This document shows positions 1 through 9,700 of a stretch of DNA of 64,000 nt, piece after piece. The position numbers and the translations under genes are program-made. This stretch comes from an uncultured Chloroflexia bacterium (lineage in GTDB: Bacteria > Chloroflexota > Limnocylindria > Limnocylindrales > CSP1-4). The DNA lies in the NCBI GenBank assembly GCA_963744115.1, contig CAVUSI010000002.1, positions 389,380 to 453,379 on the forward strand, in the 5' to 3' direction. How positions within the stretch are numbered: position 1 is the stretch's first letter; each line of letters opens with the position of its first letter. Below the pieces are notes generated by a model. That model saw only the letters and a program-made list of their open reading frames with translations. It searched no databases and was not told the origin of the DNA.

Positions 1-123
1 CGCCGAATCACGACGACAACGGGCCGCGTGGCCTGGTCCGGATCCTGGAGCGGTGCCCCGAGGCGTCGGCGTCGGCTCCGGCCGCGCCGGCTCGGCGTCG
101 GCTCCGGCCGCGTCGGCTCGGCG

Positions 124-795
124 TCAGCCCCGGCCGCGGCGACTCAGGTAGTCGTGCCAGAAGATCCGGGCAGCAACGGATCGCCACGGTCGCCAGGCCT
201 CACCGAGTGCTGACATCGCTTCGGGACGGGGGCGTTCGGGGAGGCCCTTGACGTCCGCGACGGCCTGGGCGAGGGCGATGTCGCCGGTCGGCCACAGGTC
301 GGGCCGTCGGAGTGCCATCAGCAGGTAGATCGTCGCCGTCCACGGCCCGATTCCGGGCAACGCGACCAGCGACCGCTGGGCTGCCTCGTCGTCCAGGCCG
401 GCCAGCCCGTCCAGGTCGAGACTGCCGTCGCAGATCGCGGTCGCCAGGGTCCGCCCGTAGCGGGTCTTCTGGCGGCTGAACCCGATCGTCAGGAGCTCCC
501 CGTCGGAAAGCTCGAGGAAGCGCATGGGAGTGGGTGGGTCGGCGGTCAGTCGAAGCCGGTCGAAGGCTGCCTGAGCCGACGCCAGCGACACCTGCTGCTC
601 GAGGATGATGTGGAGGAGGGTCGAGAACCCGGGCTCGCGGTCCGACAGCGGAGGCGGACCTTGACGCTCGACGATCCCGGCCAGGGCCGGGTCGCGCGCG
701 GCGAGCTCCCCGACGGCCGAGGCCAGCGTCTCGGCATCGAGCGCCGTTGGCAGGCGGGCGGAGCCCGGGTGTGGCTTCTGCATCGTCGACATCAT
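124..795 (-). CDS. HhH-GPD base-excision DNA glycosylase (DNA-3-methyladenine glycosylase II, AlkA-like)
   Basis: Last 223 codons of ORF 124..1545 (ATG at 795). The upstream part of that ORF is Arg/Ser/Pro-rich off-frame text. HhH-GPD signature LVALPGIGPWTATIYLLMAL and WPTGDIALAQA. Confidence 0.8.
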   Translation of the reverse strand: MMSTMQKPHPGSARLPTALDAETLASAVGELAARDPALAGIVERQGPPPLSDREPGFSTLLHIILEQQVSLASAQAAFDRLRLTADPPTPMRFLELSDGELLTIGFSRQKTRYGRTLATAICDGSLDLDGLAGLDDEAAQRSLVALPGIGPWTATIYLLMALRRPDLWPTGDIALAQAVADVKGLPERPRPEAMSALGEAWRPWRSVAARIFWHDYLSRRGRG

Positions 796-874
796 GCCGG
801 ACGAGCCGCGGATCGGAGGGATGCCGGAGAGGGATCCGGGTCGAGCGACCGATGCCACTCGACCCGGTGCCGCG

Positions 875-1786
875 TCAGCGCTCGATCTTGATCGAGTCCA
901 CGATCGCCTTGAGCTCGGCCTCGTGCTGCGCCGACGTCCCTGCGTAGTCCGTGCTCTGGACGACGACCCGGACGCCGTCGACATCGAGGATCCAGAGGTG
1001 CCATCGCTGGCCCGGTCCCTGGGCGTAGACCCCGGGTTCCCAAGGCCGGTAGACGTCGCACCCGGAGATGTCTGCTGGTACCTGCAGGTCCATGTACTTC
1101 CCGGAGTACCCGGCCAGCGTGACGTCGACCGGAGTCGTGGTGTCGAGGATCGGATGATTCGCGAGCGCACTGACAAACTCGTCGACGCTCGGCCCGACCG
1201 GGATGTCCGGGTTGGCGCCGTTTTGACAGGGGTCGGTGAGCAGCCAGGCCCCCCGGACGAAGAGCACGCCTGCCCCGTCGGGCGCGTCGTTCCCGGTGCT
1301 GGTCGGCGAGGCACCATCGGCAGACCCGTCCCAGCCGTCGGGGAGGGTGAACGTGACGTGAGTGGCGTCGTCTGTGATCGGGTCGATGCATCCAGCCTGA
1401 GGCGGCACGAAGCAGGCGTCACTCCCGGACTGCGCGAACGGCGTGGACACATACGTACCGGCCGGCAGCGGGCCTTCCCGGAGAGCCACCGGCGACGCCG
1501 CCGGAGAGGGCGAGGGTGTCGGCGTCGGGCCCGGGCCTGCGACACCGCCGCTCCTCGGTAGCACGTTGATCCCGACGATCGCGATGACCACCACCGCGGC
1601 AGCCGCGATCGCGAGCTTCAGATAGCCATTCATCTCTCTCAACCTCCACGCCGGCCAGCGGGACCGACGTTGTGGGGTCGCGGGGAGCTGGTCGAGCACG
1701 CGGTCGAGGACACGGTCCGGGACCGACGTCACGCCCTCCTCCAGCCACGACCGAACGATGCGGGTGACGTCGCGATCGGTGGTCAT
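875..1786 (-). CDS. ECF-associated anti-sigma-like membrane protein
   Basis: ORF 875..1786 with a 4-nt ATGA overlap with the sigma gene. Short cytoplasmic N-terminus, one TM helix (LKLAIAAAAVVVIAIVGINVL), a Pro/Thr/Ser linker and a Cys-containing external domain. No ZAS motif. The call rests on position and topology. Confidence 0.55.
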   Translation of the reverse strand: MTTDRDVTRIVRSWLEEGVTSVPDRVLDRVLDQLPATPQRRSRWPAWRLREMNGYLKLAIAAAAVVVIAIVGINVLPRSGGVAGPGPTPTPSPSPAASPVALREGPLPAGTYVSTPFAQSGSDACFVPPQAGCIDPITDDATHVTFTLPDGWDGSADGASPTSTGNDAPDGAGVLFVRGAWLLTDPCQNGANPDIPVGPSVDEFVSALANHPILDTTTPVDVTLAGYSGKYMDLQVPADISGCDVYRPWEPGVYAQGPGQRWHLWILDVDGVRVVVQSTDYAGTSAQHEAELKAIVDSIKIER

Positions 1787-2331
1787 CGGGCAACCTCCCG
1801 TGCGACCGGCCGTGCGTCGGCTTCGAGAGCCGCTCGTAGGCCGCGCATCGCGTGATGCAGACGTGAGCGGACCGTCCCGATGGGGACGCCGAGGACCTCG
1901 GCTACCTCGTCGAGGGGCAGATCGAGGTAGTGATGAAGGACCACCACGGCGCGGTGGTCGATGGACAATCGTCGGAAGCCACGCTCGAGCTGGTCGCGAT
2001 CGACGACCGAGCTCAGGCCTTCGGCCGCCTCCGGCTCGTCAGCCGGCAGAAGCCGCAGGTGCGGTGTCCAGCGCCGCGTCCGGCGTCCCTCGGCGTAGCA
2101 GGCGCGCACGAGGAGCCGGTACGACCAAGCATCGAATCGCGCCGGGTCGCGCAGCATGGGAAGGTCCCGCCAGATCGCGAGCAGCGCCTGCTGCGTCGCG
2201 TCCTCGGCGAGGTCGATGTCGCGCAGGATCCTGTGCGCCACCGCGTGGAGCCGGTCGCTCACGGCGACGGCGAGGCTCGCGAAGGCCTCCTCGTCTCCGT
2301 GTTGCGCCCGTCCGATGAGCTCGGTATCCAC
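1783..2331 (-). CDS. ECF-family RNA polymerase sigma-70 factor
   Basis: ORF 1783..2331 (GTG start). Region 2 (DATQQALLAIWRDLP...FDAWSYRLL) and region 4 HTH (LPLDEVAEVLGVPIGTVRSRLHHAMRGL). Confidence 0.9.
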   Translation of the reverse strand: MDTELIGRAQHGDEEAFASLAVAVSDRLHAVAHRILRDIDLAEDATQQALLAIWRDLPMLRDPARFDAWSYRLLVRACYAEGRRTRRWTPHLRLLPADEPEAAEGLSSVVDRDQLERGFRRLSIDHRAVVVLHHYLDLPLDEVAEVLGVPIGTVRSRLHHAMRGLRAALEADARPVAREVAR

Positions 2332-2468
2332 GTCCCTTCCACCCTGTCAGTGCCCGGTCGGTCCGGCCACTCACAAGGTATGTGCGCGGTCGAGGTCCGA
2401 ATGACTCAATCTTCGGAGAGGAACCCGGGGACGGGGGCGACCCGCGACCGCGGCGCCTGCTCGCCGGG

Positions 2469-2474
2469 TACCAT
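2469..2474 (+). promoter_or_regulatory. -10-like hexamer TACCAT 6 nt before ATG 2481 (leaderless-type promoter)
   Basis: TACCAT, then ccgccg, then ATG. No Shine-Dalgarno. Same geometry recurs at 7 other genes. Confidence 0.35.
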
Positions 2475-2480
2475 CCGCCG

Positions 2481-3210
2481 ATGGAGATCGCATCGGGCAT
2501 CCGTCGGATCGGCGGCGGCCTCGTCAACTCGTACCTGATCGAGGAGTCCGGCTCGGTCACGATCATCGACGCCGGCGCGCCGTCCTACTGGGGCGACCTG
2601 CCGGCTGAGCTGGCCGCGATGGGTCGGTCGCTCGACGACGTCAAATCGGTGGTGCTCACCCACGGGCACAGTGACCACATCGGCTTTGCCGAGCGGATCC
2701 GCCGCGAGCGCCACGTCCCGATCCGCGTCCATGAGGCCGACGCGCAGCTCGCCCGGGGCGAGGTCAAGAACCCGGCCAAGGGCACCGGCCCGCTCCGGCT
2801 GAGGCCACTCCTCGGGTTCATCGCCTTCTCGATCCGGCACGGCATGCTGTCGATCCCGCGGATCGCCGAGGTCGCCACGTTCGGGGACAGCGCGACCCTC
2901 GATGTGCCCGGCTCACCGCGGGTCATCCTCCTGCCGGGTCACACACCCGGGAGTGCCGCCCTCCACGTCGTCGTCGCTCGACGCGCTGTTCGTCGGCGAC
3001 GCGATGGCTACCCAGAGCGTCACCACCGGGCAGTTGGGACCGCAGATCGCGCCGTTCTCGGCAGATGCCGGCCAGGTGGTCGAGTCGCTCGCTCGGCTCG
3101 ACGGGCTCGAAGCCGGGCTCGTCCTTCCAGGGCACGGCCAGGTCTGGACGGGAGGCGTGGCCGAGGCGGTCCGCCTGATCCGTTCGCAGGCCGGTCCCGC
3201 GGCCGCTTGA
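2481..3210 (+). pseudogene. MBL-fold metallo-hydrolase, reading frame broken near 2970
   Basis: Frame 0 from ATG 2481 gives VVLTHGHSDHIGFAE...LLPGHTPGSAALHV. The continuation SSLDALFVGDAMAT...GLVLPGHGQVWTGG is in frame +1 (ORF 2902..3210, stop 3208-3210). One leftover base at about 2970 inside gtcgtcgtcg. As assembled, frame 0 runs on without a stop into the next gene. Confidence 0.7.
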
Positions 3211-3230
3211 CCCGAGCCCCTGGTCGGCCG

Positions 3231-3740
3231 ATGAGTGACGACAAGCGCGGCGACCCGACGGCCGATCCGGGCCCGCCGCCGGCCCTCGCCGGCGTCGAGG
3301 TCCCATACCGGGTCGTCCGGACCGAGGCCGCGGGCAGCGCCGAAGAGAGCGCCGCGATGCAGGGGATCGAGCTGGGCTCGCTGCTTCGGACGATCGTCGT
3401 GCGCCGCGGGGCGGACGACTACGTGTTCGTCCTTGTCCCTGCCGGCCGCCGGTTCGACTGGCCCAAGCTGCGATCCCACCTCGGCGTCAGCCGCCTGTCG
3501 CTGCCCGATGCCGACGAGGCGCTCGCGGTCACGGGCTACGTCCGCTACACGATCACCCCGTTCGGAGCCAGCCGCGCCTGGCCGGTCGTGGCCGACGCCT
3601 CGATCATGGATCGCGCGGTCGTCGCGATCGGGGCCGGCGTCCGCGGGGTGAGCGCGCACTTCGCCCCGGCCGACCTGGTCCGGGCGCTCCGCGCTGACGT
3701 CGCCGACGTGACGACGCCGGAGGCCGCGTCGCCGGGCTGA
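3231..3740 (+). CDS. YbaK/EbsC-type aminoacyl-tRNA deacylase domain protein
   Basis: Last 169 codons of ORF 2382..3740 from ATG 3231. SLLRTIVVRRGADDYVFVLVPAGRRFDWPKL...VTGYVRYTITPFG is YbaK-like. Confidence 0.7.
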   Translation: MSDDKRGDPTADPGPPPALAGVEVPYRVVRTEAAGSAEESAAMQGIELGSLLRTIVVRRGADDYVFVLVPAGRRFDWPKLRSHLGVSRLSLPDADEALAVTGYVRYTITPFGASRAWPVVADASIMDRAVVAIGAGVRGVSAHFAPADLVRALRADVADVTTPEAASPG

Positions 3741-3745
3741 GCCGG

Positions 3746-3751
3746 TACGAT
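3746..3751 (+). promoter_or_regulatory. -10-like TACGAT 6 nt before ATG 3758 (leaderless-type)
   Basis: TACGAT-tgcgac-ATG, no SD. Confidence 0.4.
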
Positions 3752-3757
3752 TGCGAC

Positions 3758-4177
3758 ATGTCCGAGCTGCCCGCCTCCGTCCGCGCCTTCATCGCGACGG
3801 GGCCGATCGCCCACGTCGTGACCCTCAACCGGGACGGCGACCCTGACGTCTCGGTCGCCTGGGTCGGCATCGAAGATGACGAGATCGTGATCGGCACGAT
3901 GTCCGACCAGCGCAAGCTGCGCAACCTGCGGGCCGACCCGCGGATCGCGATGTCGTTCCAGGCGCCGGGCCGGGACGACTACGGGCTCGACCGATACCTC
4001 GTCCTCCGGGGGCGCGCCCGGGTCACCGAAGGGGGCGCTGCCGCGCTCCTCCAGCACCTGGCGAGGACCTACCTCGGCCCAGACGTGATCTTTCCCGGGA
4101 TCCCGAACCCACCGCCGGGCTTCGTCATCCGGATGGCGGTCGAGAAGGTCTCCGGGAACGGGCCCTGGACCGGATAG
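3758..4177 (+). CDS. PPOX-class (pyridoxamine 5'-phosphate oxidase fold) probable F420-dependent oxidoreductase
   Basis: ORF 3758..4177. AHVVTLNRDGDPDVSVAWVG...KLRNLRADPRIAMSF matches the PPOX/F420 split-barrel family. Confidence 0.8.
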   Translation: MSELPASVRAFIATGPIAHVVTLNRDGDPDVSVAWVGIEDDEIVIGTMSDQRKLRNLRADPRIAMSFQAPGRDDYGLDRYLVLRGRARVTEGGAAALLQHLARTYLGPDVIFPGIPNPPPGFVIRMAVEKVSGNGPWTG

Positions 4178-4202
4178 GCCCCCGACGTCCGGACGCGTTC
4201 GC

Positions 4203-4208
4203 TAGGAT
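4203..4208 (+). promoter_or_regulatory. -10-like TAGGAT 6 nt before GTG 4215 (leaderless-type)
   Basis: TAGGAT-gcccgg-GTG, no SD. Confidence 0.35.
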
Positions 4209-4214
4209 GCCCGG

Positions 4215-4592
4215 GTGAGCCCGGTCACCGAGGTCTTCGCGGTCGTCGCCGCGCTTCTCCACGTCTTCTTCTTCTACCTCGAGAGCCTCACCTTCACCCG
4301 CCCGGCCACGTGGCAGAGGTTCCACGTCCGATCGCAGGCGGACGCCGAGCTGCTCCGACCGATGGCGTTCAACCAGGGCTTCTACAACCTGTTCCTGGCC
4401 GCCGGTGCGATCGGTGGGGTGATCGCCGCGAACACCGGCTATGTCGAGGCCGGTCGGGCGCTCGTCCTCCTCGCCTGCGGCTCGATGCTGCTGGCCGGCG
4501 TCGTGCTCATCGCGTCGGACCGGCGGTTCGTCCGGTCCGGGCTCATCCAGGCGGTGCCGCCCGCCATCGCGCTGCTGGGGCTGTTGCTGTAG
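4215..4592 (+). CDS. DUF1304 family membrane protein
   Basis: ORF 4215..4592. Four hydrophobic helices and the FFFYLESL...FNQGFYNLFLA motif typical of DUF1304. Confidence 0.75.
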   Translation: MSPVTEVFAVVAALLHVFFFYLESLTFTRPATWQRFHVRSQADAELLRPMAFNQGFYNLFLAAGAIGGVIAANTGYVEAGRALVLLACGSMLLAGVVLIASDRRFVRSGLIQAVPPAIALLGLLL

Positions 4593-5074
4593 ACCCGACG
4601 CTCGAGCTCCGCGAGGCCGTCGATGAGGATCTGCCGATCCTGTTCGAGCATCAGCGCGACCCGGGGGCCAACGAGATGGCCGCGTTCCCCGCCCGGGAGT
4701 GGGGCCCGTTCGTCGCCCATGCCGCCCGGATCCATGTCGACCCGACGGTGACCAACCGGACGATCGTCGTCGACGGCCACGTGGCCGGGAGCATCGTCTG
4801 CTGGCTCGAGGAGTCGGGCGAGCGCGACGTCGGCTACTGGCTCGGCCGGGAGTTCTGGGGCCGCGGGATCGCGACCCGCGCGCTGACCGCGTTCCTCGAG
4901 CTGGTGCCCCACCGACCGCTCCACGCGCGCGTCGCCAAGCACAACGCCGGGTCGCTCCGCGTCCTCGAGAAGTGCGGCTTCGTCATCGTCGGTGACGATC
5001 GTTGGCCGTCCGGGATCGGGCCCGACGACGTCGAGGAGTGGATCCTGCGGCTCGACCCCGCTCCCGACGGCTGA
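4589..5074 (+). CDS. GNAT family N-acetyltransferase (RimJ/RimL-like); start codon unresolved
   Basis: C-terminal ~160 codons of ORF 4310..5074. LELREAVDEDLPILFEHQRDP...YWLGREFWGRGIATRAL...NAGSLRVLEKCGF. The coding signal begins right at the DUF1304 stop, but no ATG/GTG/TTG lies in frame there (the first codon is GTA). Confidence 0.6.
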   Translation, partial: VDPTLELREAVDEDLPILFEHQRDPGANEMAAFPAREWGPFVAHAARIHVDPTVTNRTIVVDGHVAGSIVCWLEESGERDVGYWLGREFWGRGIATRALTAFLELVPHRPLHARVAKHNAGSLRVLEKCGFVIVGDDRWPSGIGPDDVEEWILRLDPAPDG

Positions 5075-5104
5075 GGGGTCTCCGGCGCCGATCGCCTGCC
5101 ACGC

Positions 5105-5428
5105 TCAGGCCCGGATCAGCGTCTCGCCGCCGAACGCCATCCCGTCGGTGATCTGGAACGCGTCCGCCCGTTCGTTCCAGGCCTTGAACCGCGGGTCGTT
5201 GTCGTGGAGCGTGTGACCCTCGCCGGTCGCGAACACGGCCACGATCAGGTACTGGACGGCACCGTCCACCGGCCGCGACGAGATGTCCATCTTCGACAGC
5301 GACGCGCTCACCAGCACGCCCCGCCCGGTGAAGTCCTGCCAGATCGGAAGCTCGTGCTCACGGAACCCCGACTCGAATGCGGCCACCTGGCCGGCGTCCA
5401 CGCTCAGCACGACCGCGATGGTCTCCAT
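5105..5428 (-). CDS. hypothetical small protein (107 aa)
   Basis: ORF 5105..5428 with clean GC3 periodicity and GAGGAG before the ATG. No family recognised. Confidence 0.6.
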   Translation of the reverse strand: METIAVVLSVDAGQVAAFESGFREHELPIWQDFTGRGVLVSASLSKMDISSRPVDGAVQYLIVAVFATGEGHTLHDNDPRFKAWNERADAFQITDGMAFGGETLIRA

Positions 5429-5612
5429 CGGCGTCTCCTCGGCGAGGTCCGGTAGATCGCGAGCCTACGCCGATCCGATGCGCCGTCGGTGGGACCTGGT
5501 GACCCGCGGACCTTGCGGCGGTCCTCCGCGAGAGCGTAGGATCGCGGCGCCCGGCCGAGCCCGCCGCCCCTGACCATCTTCGTCATCGCCGGCGGGCATG
5601 GAGGGAACCTCG

Positions 5613-6467
5613 ATGGACAAGGTGCGCTCGCGCCGGGACGTCCTGGGCGCGGCTCTCGGCGGTGCCGCGGCGATCGCCGCCGCCGGGATCATCAGGCCGA
5701 TCTCGGCGAACGCCGCATCCACCGCGGTGCTGAGCGAGGTCGACAACCCCACGGCCGCCGAGACATCGATCACCAACAGCGACGGCAGCGATCAGGCGGT
5801 GGCGCTTCGGGGGACCGTGACCGACATCGGTGTCGGGCTCGTCGGGGAGACCCAGCACGGGACCGGGGTCCTGGGCACGTCCGAGGGCGGTTCGACCGGG
5901 GTCGCCGGGTTCTCGGGCGATCCGAACGGGTATCCGGGCGTGACCGGGAACGCCGCTGGCGTCTACGGCGTCGGGATCGCTCCGACCGCCGACCCGACCG
6001 CCCTCAATATCGGCGTGCTGGGCAGCGGCGACCTGGCCGGCATCTGGGGTGCCGGGCCGATCGGCGTCGTCGGGAATGGCGCGCCGGCCATCGTCGGCCT
6101 CGGCGACGGGCTCGGCCCACCCGGTCTCTTCGGGACCGCGGTGTACGCGTTCTCGGGCGCAGCCCCGCCGACGCCTCCCGACAACGTCGGGGTGTATGCC
6201 GGCGCGGACCCGACGGGGATCGCCCTGCAGGTCAACGGGCGCGTCAAGCTCAGCCGCAGCGGCCGGGCCGCCGTGTCGAAGGGCAAGTCCAGCCACGCCG
6301 TGACGGTCAGCGGGCTGACGAGCTCGAACCTCGTCATCGCCACGCTCCAGACCCATCGAACCGGGGTCTACGTCGCGGCCGCGGTGCCGACCACCGGGAG
6401 GTTCACGCTGTACCTCAACAAGGCCGTCACGGCGACCACATACTTCGCCTGGATGGTCCTGAATTGA
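5613..6467 (+). CDS. Tat-signal secreted Gly/Val-rich repeat protein
   Basis: ORF 5598..6467. GGAGGG lies 7 nt before ATG 5613. Twin-arginine signal SRRDVLGAALGGAAAIAAAG...ANA. About 15 degenerate G-x-x-G-V/I repeats are followed by a beta-rich C-terminal domain. Confidence 0.7.
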   Translation: MDKVRSRRDVLGAALGGAAAIAAAGIIRPISANAASTAVLSEVDNPTAAETSITNSDGSDQAVALRGTVTDIGVGLVGETQHGTGVLGTSEGGSTGVAGFSGDPNGYPGVTGNAAGVYGVGIAPTADPTALNIGVLGSGDLAGIWGAGPIGVVGNGAPAIVGLGDGLGPPGLFGTAVYAFSGAAPPTPPDNVGVYAGADPTGIALQVNGRVKLSRSGRAAVSKGKSSHAVTVSGLTSSNLVIATLQTHRTGVYVAAAVPTTGRFTLYLNKAVTATTYFAWMVLN

Positions 6468-6707
6468 ACGGGATCGCCTGATGCCGAAGCCGATCGACCC
6501 GTTCCGGGCGGCGTTGGCGCGAAGGCGGGATGGTCCGGGTCATCCGCGCTCGATGAGTCGAGCGCGATGGCAGGCGGTCGTGGCGAGATCCAGGGTCGCC
6601 CAGGTCGGACCGCCCTCGGACGGGAGCCCGACCGGACGAGCCTGGCGCGCCGTCGTCCGTCAGAGCCGGCTCGACCGATAGTCGAAGCCGGGTGACCGGG
6701 CAACGAG

Positions 6708-6734
6708 GAAGGCCGGGCTCGTCGCCCGGCCTTC
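6708..6734. terminator. perfect 11-bp stem / 5-nt loop hairpin between convergent genes
   Basis: gaaggccgggc-tcgtc-gcccggccttc, 24 nt past the nrdJ stop. No U-tract, which is common in high-GC genomes. Confidence 0.55.
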
Positions 6735-6757
6735 GTTCCCCCCGGAGTCGGTCCGCG

Positions 6758-9700
6758 CTAGCTGCAGCCGCTCGTGCTGCCGCAGTTGAGGCACTTGTAG
6801 CAGCTGCCGTTGCGGACCATGATCGAGCCACATTCGGCGCAGCTCGGGGCGTCCTCCTGGACGGTGAAGGAGACCTTCGTCGTCCCGAGGGAGGCGGCGA
6901 TCGCGTTCAGGGCGTGACCGTTGCCGTTGCCATTCCCATTGCCGTTCGTGTGCGGATCGGCATGACCGTTCGTCGCGATGACCGGCAGCTCCGCCTGGGG
7001 AGCGGCCGCGACGGCCGTGGCCTTCGGAGCGTCGGCAGGAGGCTCGGCCGACGCCGGGGCGTCGATCGGCGGTGCGCTGATCGCCTCGTCGATGGCTGAC
7101 GGGCCTTCCTCGACGGCCGGAGCCGTCGGCGTGCTGCCGAAGCCGCCGAACGAGAACGGGGCGGGCGAGTCGACGACGGCACCGCGATCGATCAGACCGA
7201 TCTGCGCGCGCTCGTCGGCAGGCAGGAACCGGCTGCCCATCCAGCGGAAGATGTAATCGACGATCGACTTGGCGATCGGGATCTCCTGGTTGCCGGTGAA
7301 GCCCGACGGCTCGAACCGCACGTGGGCGAACTTGTTGACGAGGTCGCGCAGCGGCACGCCGTACTGGAGGGCGAGGCTGACCGACGTCGCGAAGGTGTCC
7401 ATCAAGCCGGAGACGGTGGACCCCTCCTTGGCCATCTTGAGGAAGATCTCGCCAGGCTGGCCGTCGGGGTACAGCCCGACCGTGATGTAGCCCTCGTGCC
7501 CGGCGACGTCGAACTTGTGGGTGACCGCGGTCCGCTCCGCCGGGAGGCGGTGGCGGTGGGGCTTCTTCGCTTCGGCCTGGGCGATCGCCAGCTGGGCCTT
7601 GAGGTCGGCGACCACGCCGGCATCGGCCGCGTCGTCGTCCTTCTTCTTGCCCGTGCTGAGCGGCTGGCTCCGCTTCGAGCCGTCGCGGTAGATCGCGATG
7701 GCCTTGAGGCCGAGCTTCCAGCCCTCGAGGTAGACCTCCTCGATCTCCTCGGCGGTGGCGGCCTCGGGCATGTTGACGGTCTTGCTGATGGCGCCCGACA
7801 GGAACGGCTGGACCGCCGACATCATCCGGACGTGGCCCATGTAGTGGATCGACCGCTCGCCGTTGACCGGCTTGAAGGCGCAGTCGAACACCGACAGGTG
7901 CTCCGGCTTGACGTGCGGCGCGCCCTCGATCGTCTCGCGCTCGTTGACGTAGGCGAGGATCTCCTCGACCTGGTCGGGCGCGTAACCGAGCTTCTTGAGC
8001 GCCGCCGGGACCGTCTGGTTGACGATCTTGAGGAAGCCCTCGCCGACCAGCTTCTTGTACTTGATCAGGGCGATGTCGGGCTCGATCCCGGTGGTGTCGC
8101 AGTCCATCATGAACGCGATCGTGCCGGTCGGGGCGAGGACGGTGACCTGCGCGTTGCGGTAGCCGTTGACCTCGCCGAGCTCGAGCGCCTCGTCGTAGAC
8201 GGTCCTCGCCGCGGCCAGCATGTCGGCCGGGATGGCCTGGTCCGCCGGGATGCGGTAGGCCGCGTCGCGGTGCTTGCGGATGACCCGCAGGAACGGCTCG
8301 CGGTTGATCTGGTAGTCGTTGAACGGGCCGCCGTGGTCGCGGGCGATGACCGAGCTCTGGCGGTACGCCTCGCCGTGCATGATCGCGGTCAGGGCGGCGG
8401 CGTAGTCCCGGCCCTCATCGCTGTCGTAGGCCAGGCCGCGGCTCATCAGCAGCGCGCCGAGGTTGGCGTAGCCGAGTCCGAGCGGGCGGAAGCGGTGGGA
8501 ATTCTCCTCGATCCGCGGCGTCGGGTACGACGCGTTGTCGACGAGGATCTCCTGGGCCGTGATCGTCAGCTTGGCGGCGTAGCGATACGACTCGACGTCG
8601 AACTCGCCGTCCTCCCCGACGAACTTCATCAGGTTCAGGCTGGCCAGGTTGCAGTTGTGGGCGATGAGACCTTCGGCGACCAGCGAATGGGTCACCGGCT
8701 CGGTCACGTCATAGACCGTCTCGACGCCGTCGGCGACGATCGAGCGGACCGTGGCCGCCCGGGCATTGGCCAGACCGCGGGCGAACGGGTGCGCCATCAG
8801 CGCGTGGATCTTGGCCTGCTCCTCGGGGGACAGCGGTGTCCCGACGAGCGCGGCGAACTTGCGGGCCGCTTCACCATAGACGTGGAGGTGGGCCTGCGCG
8901 CCCGTCGTGCCCTCGGGCCCGGTCCACGCGATGCGGCTGGCGATGCCGAGGTCGGCCAGGACGAGCTGGACCGATCGGACGAGCTCCGGCGCGGTCGAGG
9001 CGAGGGTGATCTCGGGGCCGGCGGCGCCGCCCGCGGTGCGGACGGTCGCGTCGGCCGAGAACAGGCCCTGGAGGTAGGCGACCTTGAGGTCCTCGGGCAT
9101 CCGATGGACCTCGGTCGGCACGTCGCGACGTGCGGCGGCAGCGGTGGCACGCAGGCCGTAGCGGTCCTCGAGCATCCGGACGAGGGCGCCCGAGCGGGTC
9201 GACACGGCGATCGTGCCGTTGGGATGGACCGACACGTTCGCCCGACGGCCGGTCGACACGGCGGTCGATCCGCCGTCGTCCGCGCCGCCGATCCCGTTCG
9301 CGGCCGCCGAGGCGGTCACCCCGAGCAGGTCGCGCTCGAGGTCCTTGACCGTGTCCTCGCCGTCGTGCGCCTCGGCCAGCAGGGCCTCGAGCTCCTCGGT
9401 CATCGCCTGGGCGGTGGCCTGCTCGGTCGCCCCGAAGGCGAGCGCGGCGACGTCGCCGGTGAACACGCCGTCCGCGCTCATCCAGCCGAGCATCTGCCAG
9501 CGCCTGACGTCCTTCGCGGACGACTCGAAGCGGACGGTGTTGCCCGACTCGCGGACCGCGACCCGGTCGACCTCCGGGGTCAGCTGGTCGACCCGCTTCC
9601 ACTCGCCGTTGTCGGTCAGGAAGCGATGGTCCCCGGTCGCCCGGATGGAGCGCCCGTCGGCCAGCGTCAGCCGATAGACCTGGCGATCGCCGACGAGCGT

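Noticed and set aside
2421-2450. ECF-type promoter (GGAAC...CGC) in the sigma/MBL divergent region.
   Set aside because: The GGAACC is on the plus strand, facing the MBL gene rather than the sigma gene. It lacks a convincing CGTC-type -10 at the right spacing.
2382-3740. Single 452-aa MBL-YbaK fusion protein.
   Set aside because: The middle ~90 residues are Arg-rich off-frame text. The MBL C-terminal half is readable in the +1 frame with its own stop at 3210, and the YbaK-like gene has its own ATG at 3231.
6905-6950. Short gttgcc/attccc repeat near the nrdJ 3' end.
   Set aside because: It is in frame and encodes the (NG)5 linker before the C-terminal zinc finger. It is coding low complexity, not a regulatory repeat.
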